A DNA stretch of 64,000 nt from contig DATJJY010000094.1 in NCBI GenBank assembly GCA_035491895.1, forward strand, positions 33,025-97,024, given 5' to 3'. The stretch is from Gemmatimonadales bacterium. GTDB taxonomy: Bacteria > Gemmatimonadota > Gemmatimonadetes > Gemmatimonadales > GWC2-71-9. The position numbers and the translations under genes are program-made. How positions within the stretch are numbered: the stretch's first letter is position 1; every line of letters starts with the position of its first letter. This document shows, piece by piece, positions 49,432 to 58,075 of the stretch. A model generated the notes under the pieces. That model was not told the origin of the DNA, ran no database searches, and saw nothing but the letters and a program-made list of their open reading frames with translations.

Positions 49432-50951
49432 CTATGGGCCCAAGAGAAAGTCCTCAGAAGCGGCGCGTGGCGCACCTGGCGCTCCTAATGATGTGCACGG
49501 TCGCGCCGCTGCGTTCCCTGGTCGCCCAGTGCCCGGACGGCTCACCGCCGCCGTGCGGGCGGCCCGCGCGCGCGCCCGCGCCGCCACCCAACAGCGTGGC
49601 CGTGCTCTATCTCGACAACCTCTCCCGCGACACCGCCGACGCATTCCTCGCCGACGGCCTCACGGAGGAGATCATCATCCGGCTGGGGCAGGTGCCGCGC
49701 CTGGAAGTGAAATCGCGCTATGAGGTGCAGCGGTTCCGCGGCCGCGCGGCGCAGGATCTGCCGGCCCTCGGCAGGGCCCTCGACGCAGCCTACCTGGTGA
49801 CCGGGAGCGTGCAGCGCGCCGGCGACCGGGTGCGCATGCGGTACGAAGTGATCCGCGCGGCCACGCGCGCGCAGGTCGCCGGCGACGTCATCGACCGGGC
49901 CTCGAGCGATGTCCTGACGCTCGAATCCGACATCGCGTCGGTCGTCGCGACGGCCATCACCGGCCACCTGTTGCCGGACGAGCGCACCCGCCTCACGCGG
50001 CCGCTGACTCGGAACCCCGCCGCGTACGAGCAGTACCTGCGCGGGCTCCAGGCGGCACACAACTTCGGCGACGAGGCGGCGCTCCGCAGCGCCGTGGCCT
50101 ATTTCAATCGCGCCATCGCACTCGATTCCGGATTCGCCGCCGCCTACTCGGGCAAGGCGGTGGCGTGGAGCATGCTCGCGGACGGTTACGTGACGCCGCT
50201 CGAGGGGTACGGGCAGACGCGCGTGGCCGCGAACCAGGCACTGGCGCGCGATTCCTCGCAGGCCCTGGCGTGGGCGATGCTGGCGAATGCGGCGTTCGCG
50301 CTGGACCTCGACGCGCCCCAATGCGCGCTCCTCGCGCGTCGCGGGATCGCGCTCGATCCGCACGGCGGGTGGTCGCGTCTCTTCCTGTCCGGGGCGCTGT
50401 GGGCGGAGGGCAAGACCGATTCCGCCCTCGTCGAAGCGCGGCGCGCGTGGCAGAACGACTCGTTGTTCGTCATCATGAGTGTCAGCTACATCAACATGCT
50501 GGTCGAGAGCGGCCACCTCGACACGGCCGCCGTGATGATCCCGCGCATCCGGGCCATCCTCCCGGCCGCGGACGCCGACGCGCTCGAGGGGATGCTCGTC
50601 GGTGCGCGGGGTAACTGGCGCGATGCGGTCCGGCTCCTGGGGTGGCGCTACTATGGCGGCGCGTTCGACGCGGGGATGTACGTGCGCGCATTGCTCGCGC
50701 TGGGGGACACCGTCGCCGCGCGCGCCACCGTCGATTCGATGCTGGCAGCGCGCACGCCGGGCTACTACAACCCCGTGGCACTGGCGCGGGCCTATACGGC
50801 ACTGGGTGACATCGACCGCGGCATCGAGTGGCTGGGCCGTGCGTTCGAGGAGCGGACCGCCATGGTTGCCTGGGTGCGCCAGTATCCCGAGCTGGCGCCA
50901 TTGCGCGCCGATCCGCGCTATGCGGCGCTCGACCGGCAGTTCCGTTTCTGA
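49428..50951 (+). CDS. Exported TolB-N-like + TPR protein with N-terminal CPDGSPPPCG motif
   Basis: GTGA overlap with the kinase stop (an alternative ATG lies at 49434). Signal peptide, then QCPDGSPPPCG, then SVAVLYLDNLSRDTADAFLADGLTEEII.RL. TPR-like C-terminal half. Confidence 0.85.
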   Translation: MTMGPRESPQKRRVAHLALLMMCTVAPLRSLVAQCPDGSPPPCGRPARAPAPPPNSVAVLYLDNLSRDTADAFLADGLTEEIIIRLGQVPRLEVKSRYEVQRFRGRAAQDLPALGRALDAAYLVTGSVQRAGDRVRMRYEVIRAATRAQVAGDVIDRASSDVLTLESDIASVVATAITGHLLPDERTRLTRPLTRNPAAYEQYLRGLQAAHNFGDEAALRSAVAYFNRAIALDSGFAAAYSGKAVAWSMLADGYVTPLEGYGQTRVAANQALARDSSQALAWAMLANAAFALDLDAPQCALLARRGIALDPHGGWSRLFLSGALWAEGKTDSALVEARRAWQNDSLFVIMSVSYINMLVESGHLDTAAVMIPRIRAILPAADADALEGMLVGARGNWRDAVRLLGWRYYGGAFDAGMYVRALLALGDTVAARATVDSMLAARTPGYYNPVALARAYTALGDIDRGIEWLGRAFEERTAMVAWVRQYPELAPLRADPRYAALDRQFRF

Positions 50952-52453
50952 TGAGCCCCGCCGCCGCGATGGCGTTCCTGTTCGCGGTCGGCGCCGCGGG
51001 GCACCTGGAAGGGCAGTGCCCCGACGGCTCGCCGCCGCCGTGCGGTCGCGCCGCCGCCCGCACCACGGTCCCGCCCACCAGCCTCGCCGTGCTCTACTTC
51101 GAGAATGCGTCCCGCGACACGGCCGACGCGTATCTGGCTGAGGGCATCACCGAAGAGATCATCAGCCGATTGAGCGAAGTCGGACGACTGCAGGTCAAGT
51201 CGCGCTACCAGGTGCGGCGCTTCCGGACCGATACGACGGGCGACGCCGCGGAGATCGGGCGCCAGTTGGCGGTCGCGCGCATCGTCACCGGCTCGGTGCG
51301 CCGCGCCGGCAATCAGCTGCGCGTGACGGCCGAGATGGTGCGCACCGCGACGGGCGACGTGGTCTGGAGCGAGCGGTATGACCGCGCCGACACCGACGTC
51401 CTCTCGCTGCAGGAGGACCTCGCCAGCGCCGTCGCGACCGCCGTCACGGGTCACCTGCTCCCGGCCGAACGTGCGGTGCTCGCGGCGCAGCCGACGAGGA
51501 ATCCGGCAGCCTACGATGCCTATCTCCTGGGTCGGTTCTATTGGAACAAGCGCACCGCACCGGATCTGGTAGCGGCAGCGGCCCATTTCGAGCAGGCGAT
51601 CCGGGCCGACTCGAGCTACGCGCAGGCGTGGTCGGGCCTGGCGGACGCCTATGTGCTCTTTCTTCCCGCCGAGTACGACGTCCCCGGCATCAACCCCGAC
51701 TCGATCCTGACCCTGGCCGAGCACGCCGCCCGCCGGGCACTGGCGCTGGCCCCGCAGCTCGGTGAGGCGTACGCGTCACTGGGCGAGATCCTCGAATACC
51801 GCCTGCAATGGGTGGAAGCGCGGGCGGCGTTCGAGCGCGGCGTCGCTCTGAGCCCGCGGTATCCGACGGCGCATCTGTGGTACGGCTATGACCTGATGGT
51901 GTGGAACCGATGGGACCTAGCGGTCCGGGAAATCGAGCAGGCCAAGCAGCTCGACCCCCTTTCCGTCGTGACCACCGTGTCGCTCGCCGCTGCGTACGAC
52001 GGTGCCGAACGAGTCCCTGAGGCCGCTGCGATGTTCGCGCAGGCCCGTGGGCTGGCACCGGACCATCCGCTCGTCCTCATCTTCGCATCGATCCACGACC
52101 TCACGCGCGCAGACTTTGAGCGCCTGGCCGTGGACTATTCGCACCTGCTCCGTCTCACCGGAATGGACAGCGCGGCCGCAGTCGACCTGGAGCACCGCCT
52201 GCGAGACCCGGCCCAGCGGGGTGCCGCATTGCGGGAAACCGTAGACCGTCCCGGTCGCGTCTCCTGGCGCGCTCTCGTCTATCGGGCGCTCGATGGGGAC
52301 GATCGCATGATCCAGTACTTGTCGACGGTGGAGCGCGATCCCAAGATGTCCGATGTGGGAAGCCTGCTCATCTGCGGATGCCTGGGATCGCGCCTCCGCG
52401 CCGATCCCCGGATGCAGGCGGTTCTGCAGCGGTTCGGCTTCCCCCGGCCTTGA
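50951..52453 (+). CDS. Tandem paralog of the previous gene (CPDGSPPPCG + TolB-N-like + TPR)
   Basis: TGATG overlap. MSPAAAMAFLFAVGAAGHLEGQCPDGSPPPCG...SLAVLYFENASRDTADAYLAEGITEEII.RL. Confidence 0.85.
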   Translation: MSPAAAMAFLFAVGAAGHLEGQCPDGSPPPCGRAAARTTVPPTSLAVLYFENASRDTADAYLAEGITEEIISRLSEVGRLQVKSRYQVRRFRTDTTGDAAEIGRQLAVARIVTGSVRRAGNQLRVTAEMVRTATGDVVWSERYDRADTDVLSLQEDLASAVATAVTGHLLPAERAVLAAQPTRNPAAYDAYLLGRFYWNKRTAPDLVAAAAHFEQAIRADSSYAQAWSGLADAYVLFLPAEYDVPGINPDSILTLAEHAARRALALAPQLGEAYASLGEILEYRLQWVEARAAFERGVALSPRYPTAHLWYGYDLMVWNRWDLAVREIEQAKQLDPLSVVTTVSLAAAYDGAERVPEAAAMFAQARGLAPDHPLVLIFASIHDLTRADFERLAVDYSHLLRLTGMDSAAAVDLEHRLRDPAQRGAALRETVDRPGRVSWRALVYRALDGDDRMIQYLSTVERDPKMSDVGSLLICGCLGSRLRADPRMQAVLQRFGFPRP

Positions 52454-52474
52454 AGGCGGCCCGGGGCGCCGTCG

Positions 52475-53233
52475 TTACGAGGCGCGCCCGATCTGATGGA
52501 CTCCTGCGAATCGTGCGAAGCGAACGGGCGTCGTGGACCTGCCGCGCGCCGCCAGGCGCAGCTCGCTGAAGTGGGCCCCCCATCCGACGGAGAACGTTCG
52601 CAACAGGTTCGTTCCCACGATCCCGTCGATGTCCGTGGTGCGCAGCGCGCGCTCGAGGGAGGCCGGCAGTTGACCGCACTCGAGGCTGACCGGCTGATCG
52701 CCGAACACGAGCGGCACCTGTCGCAGCTCCGTCGCGAACTCACCGAGTCCCGGATACGAGTCCCGCGCCACCCCGACGCATGGGTGGGCCCTGGTGTCGA
52801 CGTCCCGCAGGCACGACAACGTGGCGCCCGTGTGAAACAGCACCCGCCGCTTCCCACCTGCCAGCTCGACCTCCACCACGGGCATTCCCGCGACGGTCTC
52901 CAGCCGTGCGCCGCGAGCGTGGGGCCGAGCGGCGTCGTCGTCGAAGACGACTCGGCCGGCTTCGGGATCGATGGCGACGGCCGAGCAGCCGAGCACGTCG
53001 CTGCCGAGCACTACGTCGATGTTGATGCCGATGACCTCGCTCCATTGCTCCACGGTCATGCCGTGGTAACGCTGGAGTGCGGGAATCTCCCGATCGAGGA
53101 ATTCGAAGGACGGTCGACGTCCGATCGAGACCGGGCATCCGGTATTCAACAGCAGCGCCTGGGCGTCGTGGTAAACGACGAGATGCCCCTGGCGCAGCTC
53201 CATTGGGTATCGACGCACGAATGTCCTCAGCAT
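52475..53233 (-). CDS. Hypothetical protein, two retropepsin-like half-domains with non-canonical active-site positions
   Basis: Internal repeat: ALLLNTGCPVSIG...IDVVLGSDVL and RVLFHTGATLSCL...IDGIVGTNLL. The start is uncertain (53233 MLRTF... or 53203 MELRQ...). Confidence 0.65.
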   Translation of the reverse strand: MLRTFVRRYPMELRQGHLVVYHDAQALLLNTGCPVSIGRRPSFEFLDREIPALQRYHGMTVEQWSEVIGINIDVVLGSDVLGCSAVAIDPEAGRVVFDDDAARPHARGARLETVAGMPVVEVELAGGKRRVLFHTGATLSCLRDVDTRAHPCVGVARDSYPGLGEFATELRQVPLVFGDQPVSLECGQLPASLERALRTTDIDGIVGTNLLRTFSVGWGAHFSELRLAARGRSTTPVRFARFAGVHQIGRAS

Positions 53234-53363
53234 GAGTTGCCGGGCGCGGGTTCGCAGGCAAATACAGGTCCAAGGAAGAGTGCGGCAGCAGCCGTATGGT
53301 AACTCAGTGGATGTAGGGTTTTTTCTGACGAAGCGGGCTGAAGGGGCTATCTTACCCTGCCGC

Positions 53364-54593
53364 ATGAGCGAATCCTCCACGCCGCATGGGGCTCGGGCCC
53401 AGGCCGCGGCAGTGATCACCAGGCTTCCCTGTCAGCGACACCTGTTCGACATCCCCGAGGACATCGCTTACCTGAACTGCGCCTACATGTCACCGCTGTT
53501 GCGCCGAGTCACCGAGGCTGGACAACGCGCGGTGGCGCGCAAGGCACACCCGTGGGACATCACGCCGGCGGACTTCTTCTCTGATGTCGCTGTTGCGCGC
53601 CGCCGCTTCGCGCAGCTGCTCGGCGGTGGCACCGGCGAAGACGACATCGCGATCGTGCCGGCCGTCAGCTACGGGATGGCTGTGGCCTGCGCCAACCTGC
53701 CGCTCGCGCGTGGCCAGACGGTGCTGTTGCTCGACGAGGAGTTTCCCTCGGTCATCCTGCCCTGGCGGGAGCGGGCGCGGGAGGCGGGGGCTCGGGCGGT
53801 GCTGCTGCCGCGGCCCGCGGACGACGACTGGACCAGCGTGATTCTCGAGGCGATCGATGAGCGCACGGCGATCGCCGCGCTCCCCGCGCTCCATTGGACC
53901 GACGGCGCGCTCATCGACCTCCCGCGGGTGGCGGCGCGATTGCACGACGTCGGCGCGGCGCTGGCGGTGGACGCGACGCAGTCACTCGGCGCCATGCCGT
54001 TCCCGATGTCCGAGGTGCGTCCCGACTTTCTCGTCGCGGCGTCATACAAGTGGCTGCTCGGTCCGTACAGTCTGGGATTCCTCTATGTTGCCCCGCAGCG
54101 CCAGAATGGTCGGCCGATTGAGCATAACTGGATCACGCGGGTGGGCTCGCAGGATTTCACCGCGCTCACGAACTACGCCGGCGAGCTGGGGTTCCAGCCG
54201 GGGGCGCGTCGCTTCGATGTGGGGGAGACTCCGAACTTCGCATTGATGCCTATGGCGATCGCCGCGCTGGACCAAATCCTGGAGTGGGGGGTGCCGCACA
54301 TTGCCGAGACCATCGCCTCACTGACCGGCTCGCTGGTGGCGCGCGCCGCCGAGCATGGTCTCGAGGCGGTGCCGGCCGTGCGCCGCGCCCCCCACTATGT
54401 CGGCCTCCGCTTTCCGGCCGGAGTGCCTCCTGAGCTAGCGCAGCGACTGGCAGCGGAGCGCGTGTTCGTGAGCGTGCGCGGTCGCGGGGCGCTGCGAGTG
54501 ACGCCGCATGTCTACAATACTGAGGCCGAGATCGACCGCCTGGTCGCGGCGATCGCGGCGGCTTCCTCCTCGACTGGCAGTGACGTTCTATGA
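53364..54593 (+). CDS. Class-V aminotransferase-fold PLP enzyme
   Basis: The start was moved to MSESSTPHG. ...YLNCAYMSP..., ...AVDATQSLG... and ...AASYKWLLGP (PLP lysine). Confidence 0.88.
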   Translation: MSESSTPHGARAQAAAVITRLPCQRHLFDIPEDIAYLNCAYMSPLLRRVTEAGQRAVARKAHPWDITPADFFSDVAVARRRFAQLLGGGTGEDDIAIVPAVSYGMAVACANLPLARGQTVLLLDEEFPSVILPWRERAREAGARAVLLPRPADDDWTSVILEAIDERTAIAALPALHWTDGALIDLPRVAARLHDVGAALAVDATQSLGAMPFPMSEVRPDFLVAASYKWLLGPYSLGFLYVAPQRQNGRPIEHNWITRVGSQDFTALTNYAGELGFQPGARRFDVGETPNFALMPMAIAALDQILEWGVPHIAETIASLTGSLVARAAEHGLEAVPAVRRAPHYVGLRFPAGVPPELAQRLAAERVFVSVRGRGALRVTPHVYNTEAEIDRLVAAIAAASSSTGSDVL

Positions 54594-56122
54594 CGACGGT
54601 CGTGGTTGTAGGCGCCGGCATCAACGGGTTGGTCGCGGCGCACTATCTCCGGCGCGGCGGCTGCAACGTCACACTGCTGGAGCGCGCCGAGTGGGTCGGC
54701 GGCGCGTGTGTCTCCGACGTCGCCACCGTCGATGGGCGCTCGCAGCGCTACGCTGTCGGGGCGTCCGTCCTCGGTCTCATGCCCGATTTCATTTATCGGG
54801 AGACGGGGCTCGCCGACCGGCTCGAGACGTTCGTCCCCGATCACGCCAAGCGGATCTACTTCCCGGATCCGCAGGCCAGCGCCTGGATCCATCGCGACCC
54901 CGGCGAGCTGGACCGCGAGCTCCACGAGCGTTGGGGGGAGCGCGGCGACGTCGCCGCATTCCGGCACGACGAAGCCAAGGTGGTGGCGTTTCTGCAGGAG
55001 GGATACCGCAACGCCGTGGCGCCGACCCTCGCCGCCGCGCGCGACCGCCTGGGGAAGAACCTCGTCCGGCTCTGGATTTCCGGGAGCGCCCGCGATCTGC
55101 TGCGCCACTATTTCACCGCCGACCACACCAGGATCTACATGGCGATGACGGTGACGGAGAGCGGACCGGTTTCGCTGCGGGATCGGTATTCCGCCTTCAC
55201 GTTGCCGCTGATGGACTCGGGGTCGGTGTTCGACGGCTACTACGGATTCGTGAAGGACGGGATCTGGCGGGTGACCGAGGAGCTGGCCCAGATCAACCGG
55301 GAGCTGGGCGTCGACATCCGACTCGCCGCCCGGGTGGAGCAGGTGGACCCGAGCATCGGGAAGCTGCGCTACGCCCAGGCGGGGAAAACGGCGCAGCTGC
55401 CGTTCGATCATCTGGTGCTGGCCACCGACCCGCTCACCGCCGCTCGCGTCATCGGGGATAGTGCGTTCACCGCGCGCGTCGAGGCGAAGCGCTTTCTCGG
55501 CTCGAGCGGCAAGCTCACCCTCCTGTTCCAGCGCCCGGCAGTCTGGAAGGAGGGCACCGCCGGCCCCCACAGCGAGGCGGCGTTCCGGTTCATCTTCGCC
55601 GTCGAATCACTGGAGCAATTCGAGCGCGCGACGCTCCGTCCGGTGTCGGACGGCGTCGATTACGAGCCGGGATACATCCAGATCTATCCTGAAGGGGCGG
55701 CGATGCGGCAGCTCGGTCTCACGGAGCCCTTGGATCGTTTGACGCTGTTCTTCAAGAACCTGGCGCTCGACCGTGAAGGAGCGGTCCTGCCCGAAGTCGC
55801 CGAGGCGGTCAAGGAGCAGCTGTTTCGTCACCTCGCGAACCCGGAGGACTGCGTGTGGAGCCGGTTGCTCACCCCGCGGGACCTGCAACAGCTCTTTCTG
55901 TTTCCGGGCGGCAACCTGGACCACACGATGCTGGTGGGGGGACAGACGTTCTTCGATCGCCAGTTCGCGGCGGACCCCGCCCGGAATTTCTACCGCTTCG
56001 GCGCCTGGTCGAACGTGGACTACTGCGGCGCGGGGGCATACCCCTGCGGCTCGATCGCCGGGACGCCTGGCTACATGTGCGCCCGGCAGCTGCTGGCCGC
56101 CTTGCCTCCGCATGATATCTGA
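54590..56122 (+). CDS. FAD/NAD(P)-dependent oxidoreductase (phytoene-desaturase-like)
   Basis: ATGA overlap upstream. Dinucleotide fold VVVVGAGINGLVAAHYLRRGGCNVTLLER...GG. Confidence 0.88.
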   Translation: MTTVVVVGAGINGLVAAHYLRRGGCNVTLLERAEWVGGACVSDVATVDGRSQRYAVGASVLGLMPDFIYRETGLADRLETFVPDHAKRIYFPDPQASAWIHRDPGELDRELHERWGERGDVAAFRHDEAKVVAFLQEGYRNAVAPTLAAARDRLGKNLVRLWISGSARDLLRHYFTADHTRIYMAMTVTESGPVSLRDRYSAFTLPLMDSGSVFDGYYGFVKDGIWRVTEELAQINRELGVDIRLAARVEQVDPSIGKLRYAQAGKTAQLPFDHLVLATDPLTAARVIGDSAFTARVEAKRFLGSSGKLTLLFQRPAVWKEGTAGPHSEAAFRFIFAVESLEQFERATLRPVSDGVDYEPGYIQIYPEGAAMRQLGLTEPLDRLTLFFKNLALDREGAVLPEVAEAVKEQLFRHLANPEDCVWSRLLTPRDLQQLFLFPGGNLDHTMLVGGQTFFDRQFAADPARNFYRFGAWSNVDYCGAGAYPCGSIAGTPGYMCARQLLAALPPHDI

Positions 56123-56135
56123 CTATAGTCAGATA
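56116..56135. promoter_or_regulatory. 20-bp perfect palindrome TATCTGACTA/TAGTCAGATA, candidate MarR operator
   Basis: Contains the upstream gene's TGA stop (56120-56122) and ends 1 nt before the ATG at 56136. Confidence 0.55.
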
Positions 56136-57017
56136 ATGGACGGCGTCGCCCAGGTTCGTAGCTTCAATCGCACAGTGACTCACCAAGTCGGCGCACTCGA
56201 CGGCCATTTCCTGGGGCGCGCTCGCTCGCTCGGCGCCTCCCGGCTGCTGTTCGAAATCGGCGCGAACGGCAGCGACGTCCGGCGGCTCCGGGCCCGCCTC
56301 GGCCTGGACTCAGGGTATGTGAGCCGTCTCCTGCGAGGCCTTGAGTCCGAAGGACTGATTCGCACCGGCCGATCGTCGCAGGACGCTCGCGTACGCGACG
56401 TGACGCTCACGCGGGCTGGCAAGCGCGAGTTGGCCGTCTTGAACCGCCTCTCGGACCAGGCCGCCCGGTCGCTGCTTGGCCGGCTCACCCCGGAGCAACG
56501 CAGCGCGCTCGTGGCCGCTATGGGGTCCGTCGAGCGCCTGCTGCGCGCGGTGGATACGCGCCTGCAGGTGGTGAACCCCAGAAGCCGCGGTGCCCGGTAT
56601 TGCCTCGAACGCTATTTCGAGGAGCTGGCCGCCCGGTTCGAGGCCGGTTTCGATCCGAGCCGCGGGATATCCGCCTCGCCGGAAGAGCTGACGCCGCCGC
56701 ACGGCTTCTTTCTCCTCGCCACGCTGCATGACGAGCCGGTCGGGTGCGGCGCCCTCAAGTGCCACAAGGAGTACGGCGAGATCAAGCGGATGTGGGTCGC
56801 GGCGTCGGCGCGCGGCCTGGGGATCGGGAAGCGGATCCTCGAGCGGCTCGAGGCGCTGGCGCTCGAGCGGCACATCCCGCTGCTCCGGCTCGAGACCAAC
56901 AAGGCGCTGACCGAGGCTCAGTCCCTCTACAGGAGCAGCGGATACCGGGAAGTTCACCCCTTCAACGACGAGCCCTACGCGCATCACTGGTTCGAGAAAA
57001 CCCTATCGCGTCGCTGA
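56136..57017 (+). CDS. MarR-type HTH fused to GNAT acetyltransferase
   Basis: wHTH: LGASRLLFEIGANGSDVRRLRARLGLDSGYVSRLLRGLESEGLI. GNAT: ...GCGALK...IKRMWVAASARGLGIGKRILERLE... The start could instead be the ATG at 56112. Confidence 0.88.
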   Translation: MDGVAQVRSFNRTVTHQVGALDGHFLGRARSLGASRLLFEIGANGSDVRRLRARLGLDSGYVSRLLRGLESEGLIRTGRSSQDARVRDVTLTRAGKRELAVLNRLSDQAARSLLGRLTPEQRSALVAAMGSVERLLRAVDTRLQVVNPRSRGARYCLERYFEELAARFEAGFDPSRGISASPEELTPPHGFFLLATLHDEPVGCGALKCHKEYGEIKRMWVAASARGLGIGKRILERLEALALERHIPLLRLETNKALTEAQSLYRSSGYREVHPFNDEPYAHHWFEKTLSRR

Positions 57018-57093
57018 CATGCTTGCCACGATCCTGTCGACAACGGCGGTGTACTGAGCGACGTCCCGCCACACCGCACACTCAGGAGGATCG

Positions 57094-57987
57094 ATGAACA
57101 TTCGCGTGTTGGTCATCTTCCTCTCGATATGGCCCGCCGCGCTCGCCGGCCAGCAGCCCACGACCCACGGCGAGCTCCCCGCCGTGTCCCCCGACGGGTC
57201 GCTGATCGCGTTTCTGTCGGACCGCACCGGGGCGAACAACGTATTCGTGATCGGGGTGGACGGATCGGCGGAGCGGCAGATCTCCCAGAACGGCGCCGGT
57301 ACGCCGCGGTTCTCGCGCGATGGCCGGAGCATCTTGTTCGCCGGTCCGGGGGCTGACAGTGGCCACGTCTTCGCCGTCGCGCTGGACGGCAGCAATCGGC
57401 GCCTGTTGGCGACCGTTCCCGGACGCAGCCCCGTGCTGTCGCCCGACGGCCACCGCGTGGCCTTCCTGATCGGGCCCTGGACGTCGACCACCACGGCGGT
57501 CGCCAACGCCGACGGCTCCGGGGTCCTCCCGCTCGCGGGCGGCGGCCGAACCACCGCGTGGAACGCAGCCTGGTCTCCCGACGGTCAACGCATCGCCTAT
57601 ACCTACGGCGACTCGAGCCGCCTGCTGCAGGTGCACGTGGTCAATGCCGACGGGACGGGCGATCAGGTGGCGACACACGTCGACCGGTCGGAAGGATCGG
57701 CTCAGATGCCTGCCTGGTCGCCTGATGGACGGCGCCTGGCGGTGCAGGTGAGCGCTCAGCACAAGGGCCACATCTGGGTCATCGACCTGGCGACCAGCGC
57801 CGCCCAGAAGCTCGCCCCGCACGGCGATTCCATTGCCGACGAGGTCCCTGCCTGGTTCCCCGACGGCACGCGGATCGCCTTTCAAAGCAATCGCTCCGGG
57901 CGCGAGGAGATCTGGGTGATGAACGCCGACGGCACCGGCGTCCGTCAGGTGACGGGCATCGGCCCGGAAACCCCCAAGCGCAACTAG
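57094..57987 (+). CDS. Exported TolB/PD40-like beta-propeller protein
   Basis: AGGAGG RBS and a signal peptide. Repeated SPDG...IAF motifs (6-7 blades). Confidence 0.88.
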   Translation: MNIRVLVIFLSIWPAALAGQQPTTHGELPAVSPDGSLIAFLSDRTGANNVFVIGVDGSAERQISQNGAGTPRFSRDGRSILFAGPGADSGHVFAVALDGSNRRLLATVPGRSPVLSPDGHRVAFLIGPWTSTTTAVANADGSGVLPLAGGGRTTAWNAAWSPDGQRIAYTYGDSSRLLQVHVVNADGTGDQVATHVDRSEGSAQMPAWSPDGRRLAVQVSAQHKGHIWVIDLATSAAQKLAPHGDSIADEVPAWFPDGTRIAFQSNRSGREEIWVMNADGTGVRQVTGIGPETPKRN

Positions 57988-58075
57988 GCGACGCGGGACG
58001 GCCGTTCGTGCCACGCCGGCGCCGTTTCGTCGCATTCTGCTTCCTGCCGCCCGGGCGGCAGAGTTTCTTTACCAC

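Noticed and set aside
52441-52474. Hairpin GCCT-TGA-AGGC overlapping the TPR-paralog stop codon, as a possible fourth family B copy.
   Set aside because: It lacks the GCTCGGCG/CGCCGAGC brackets and the multi-hairpin plan. It is more simply a short terminator between convergent genes.
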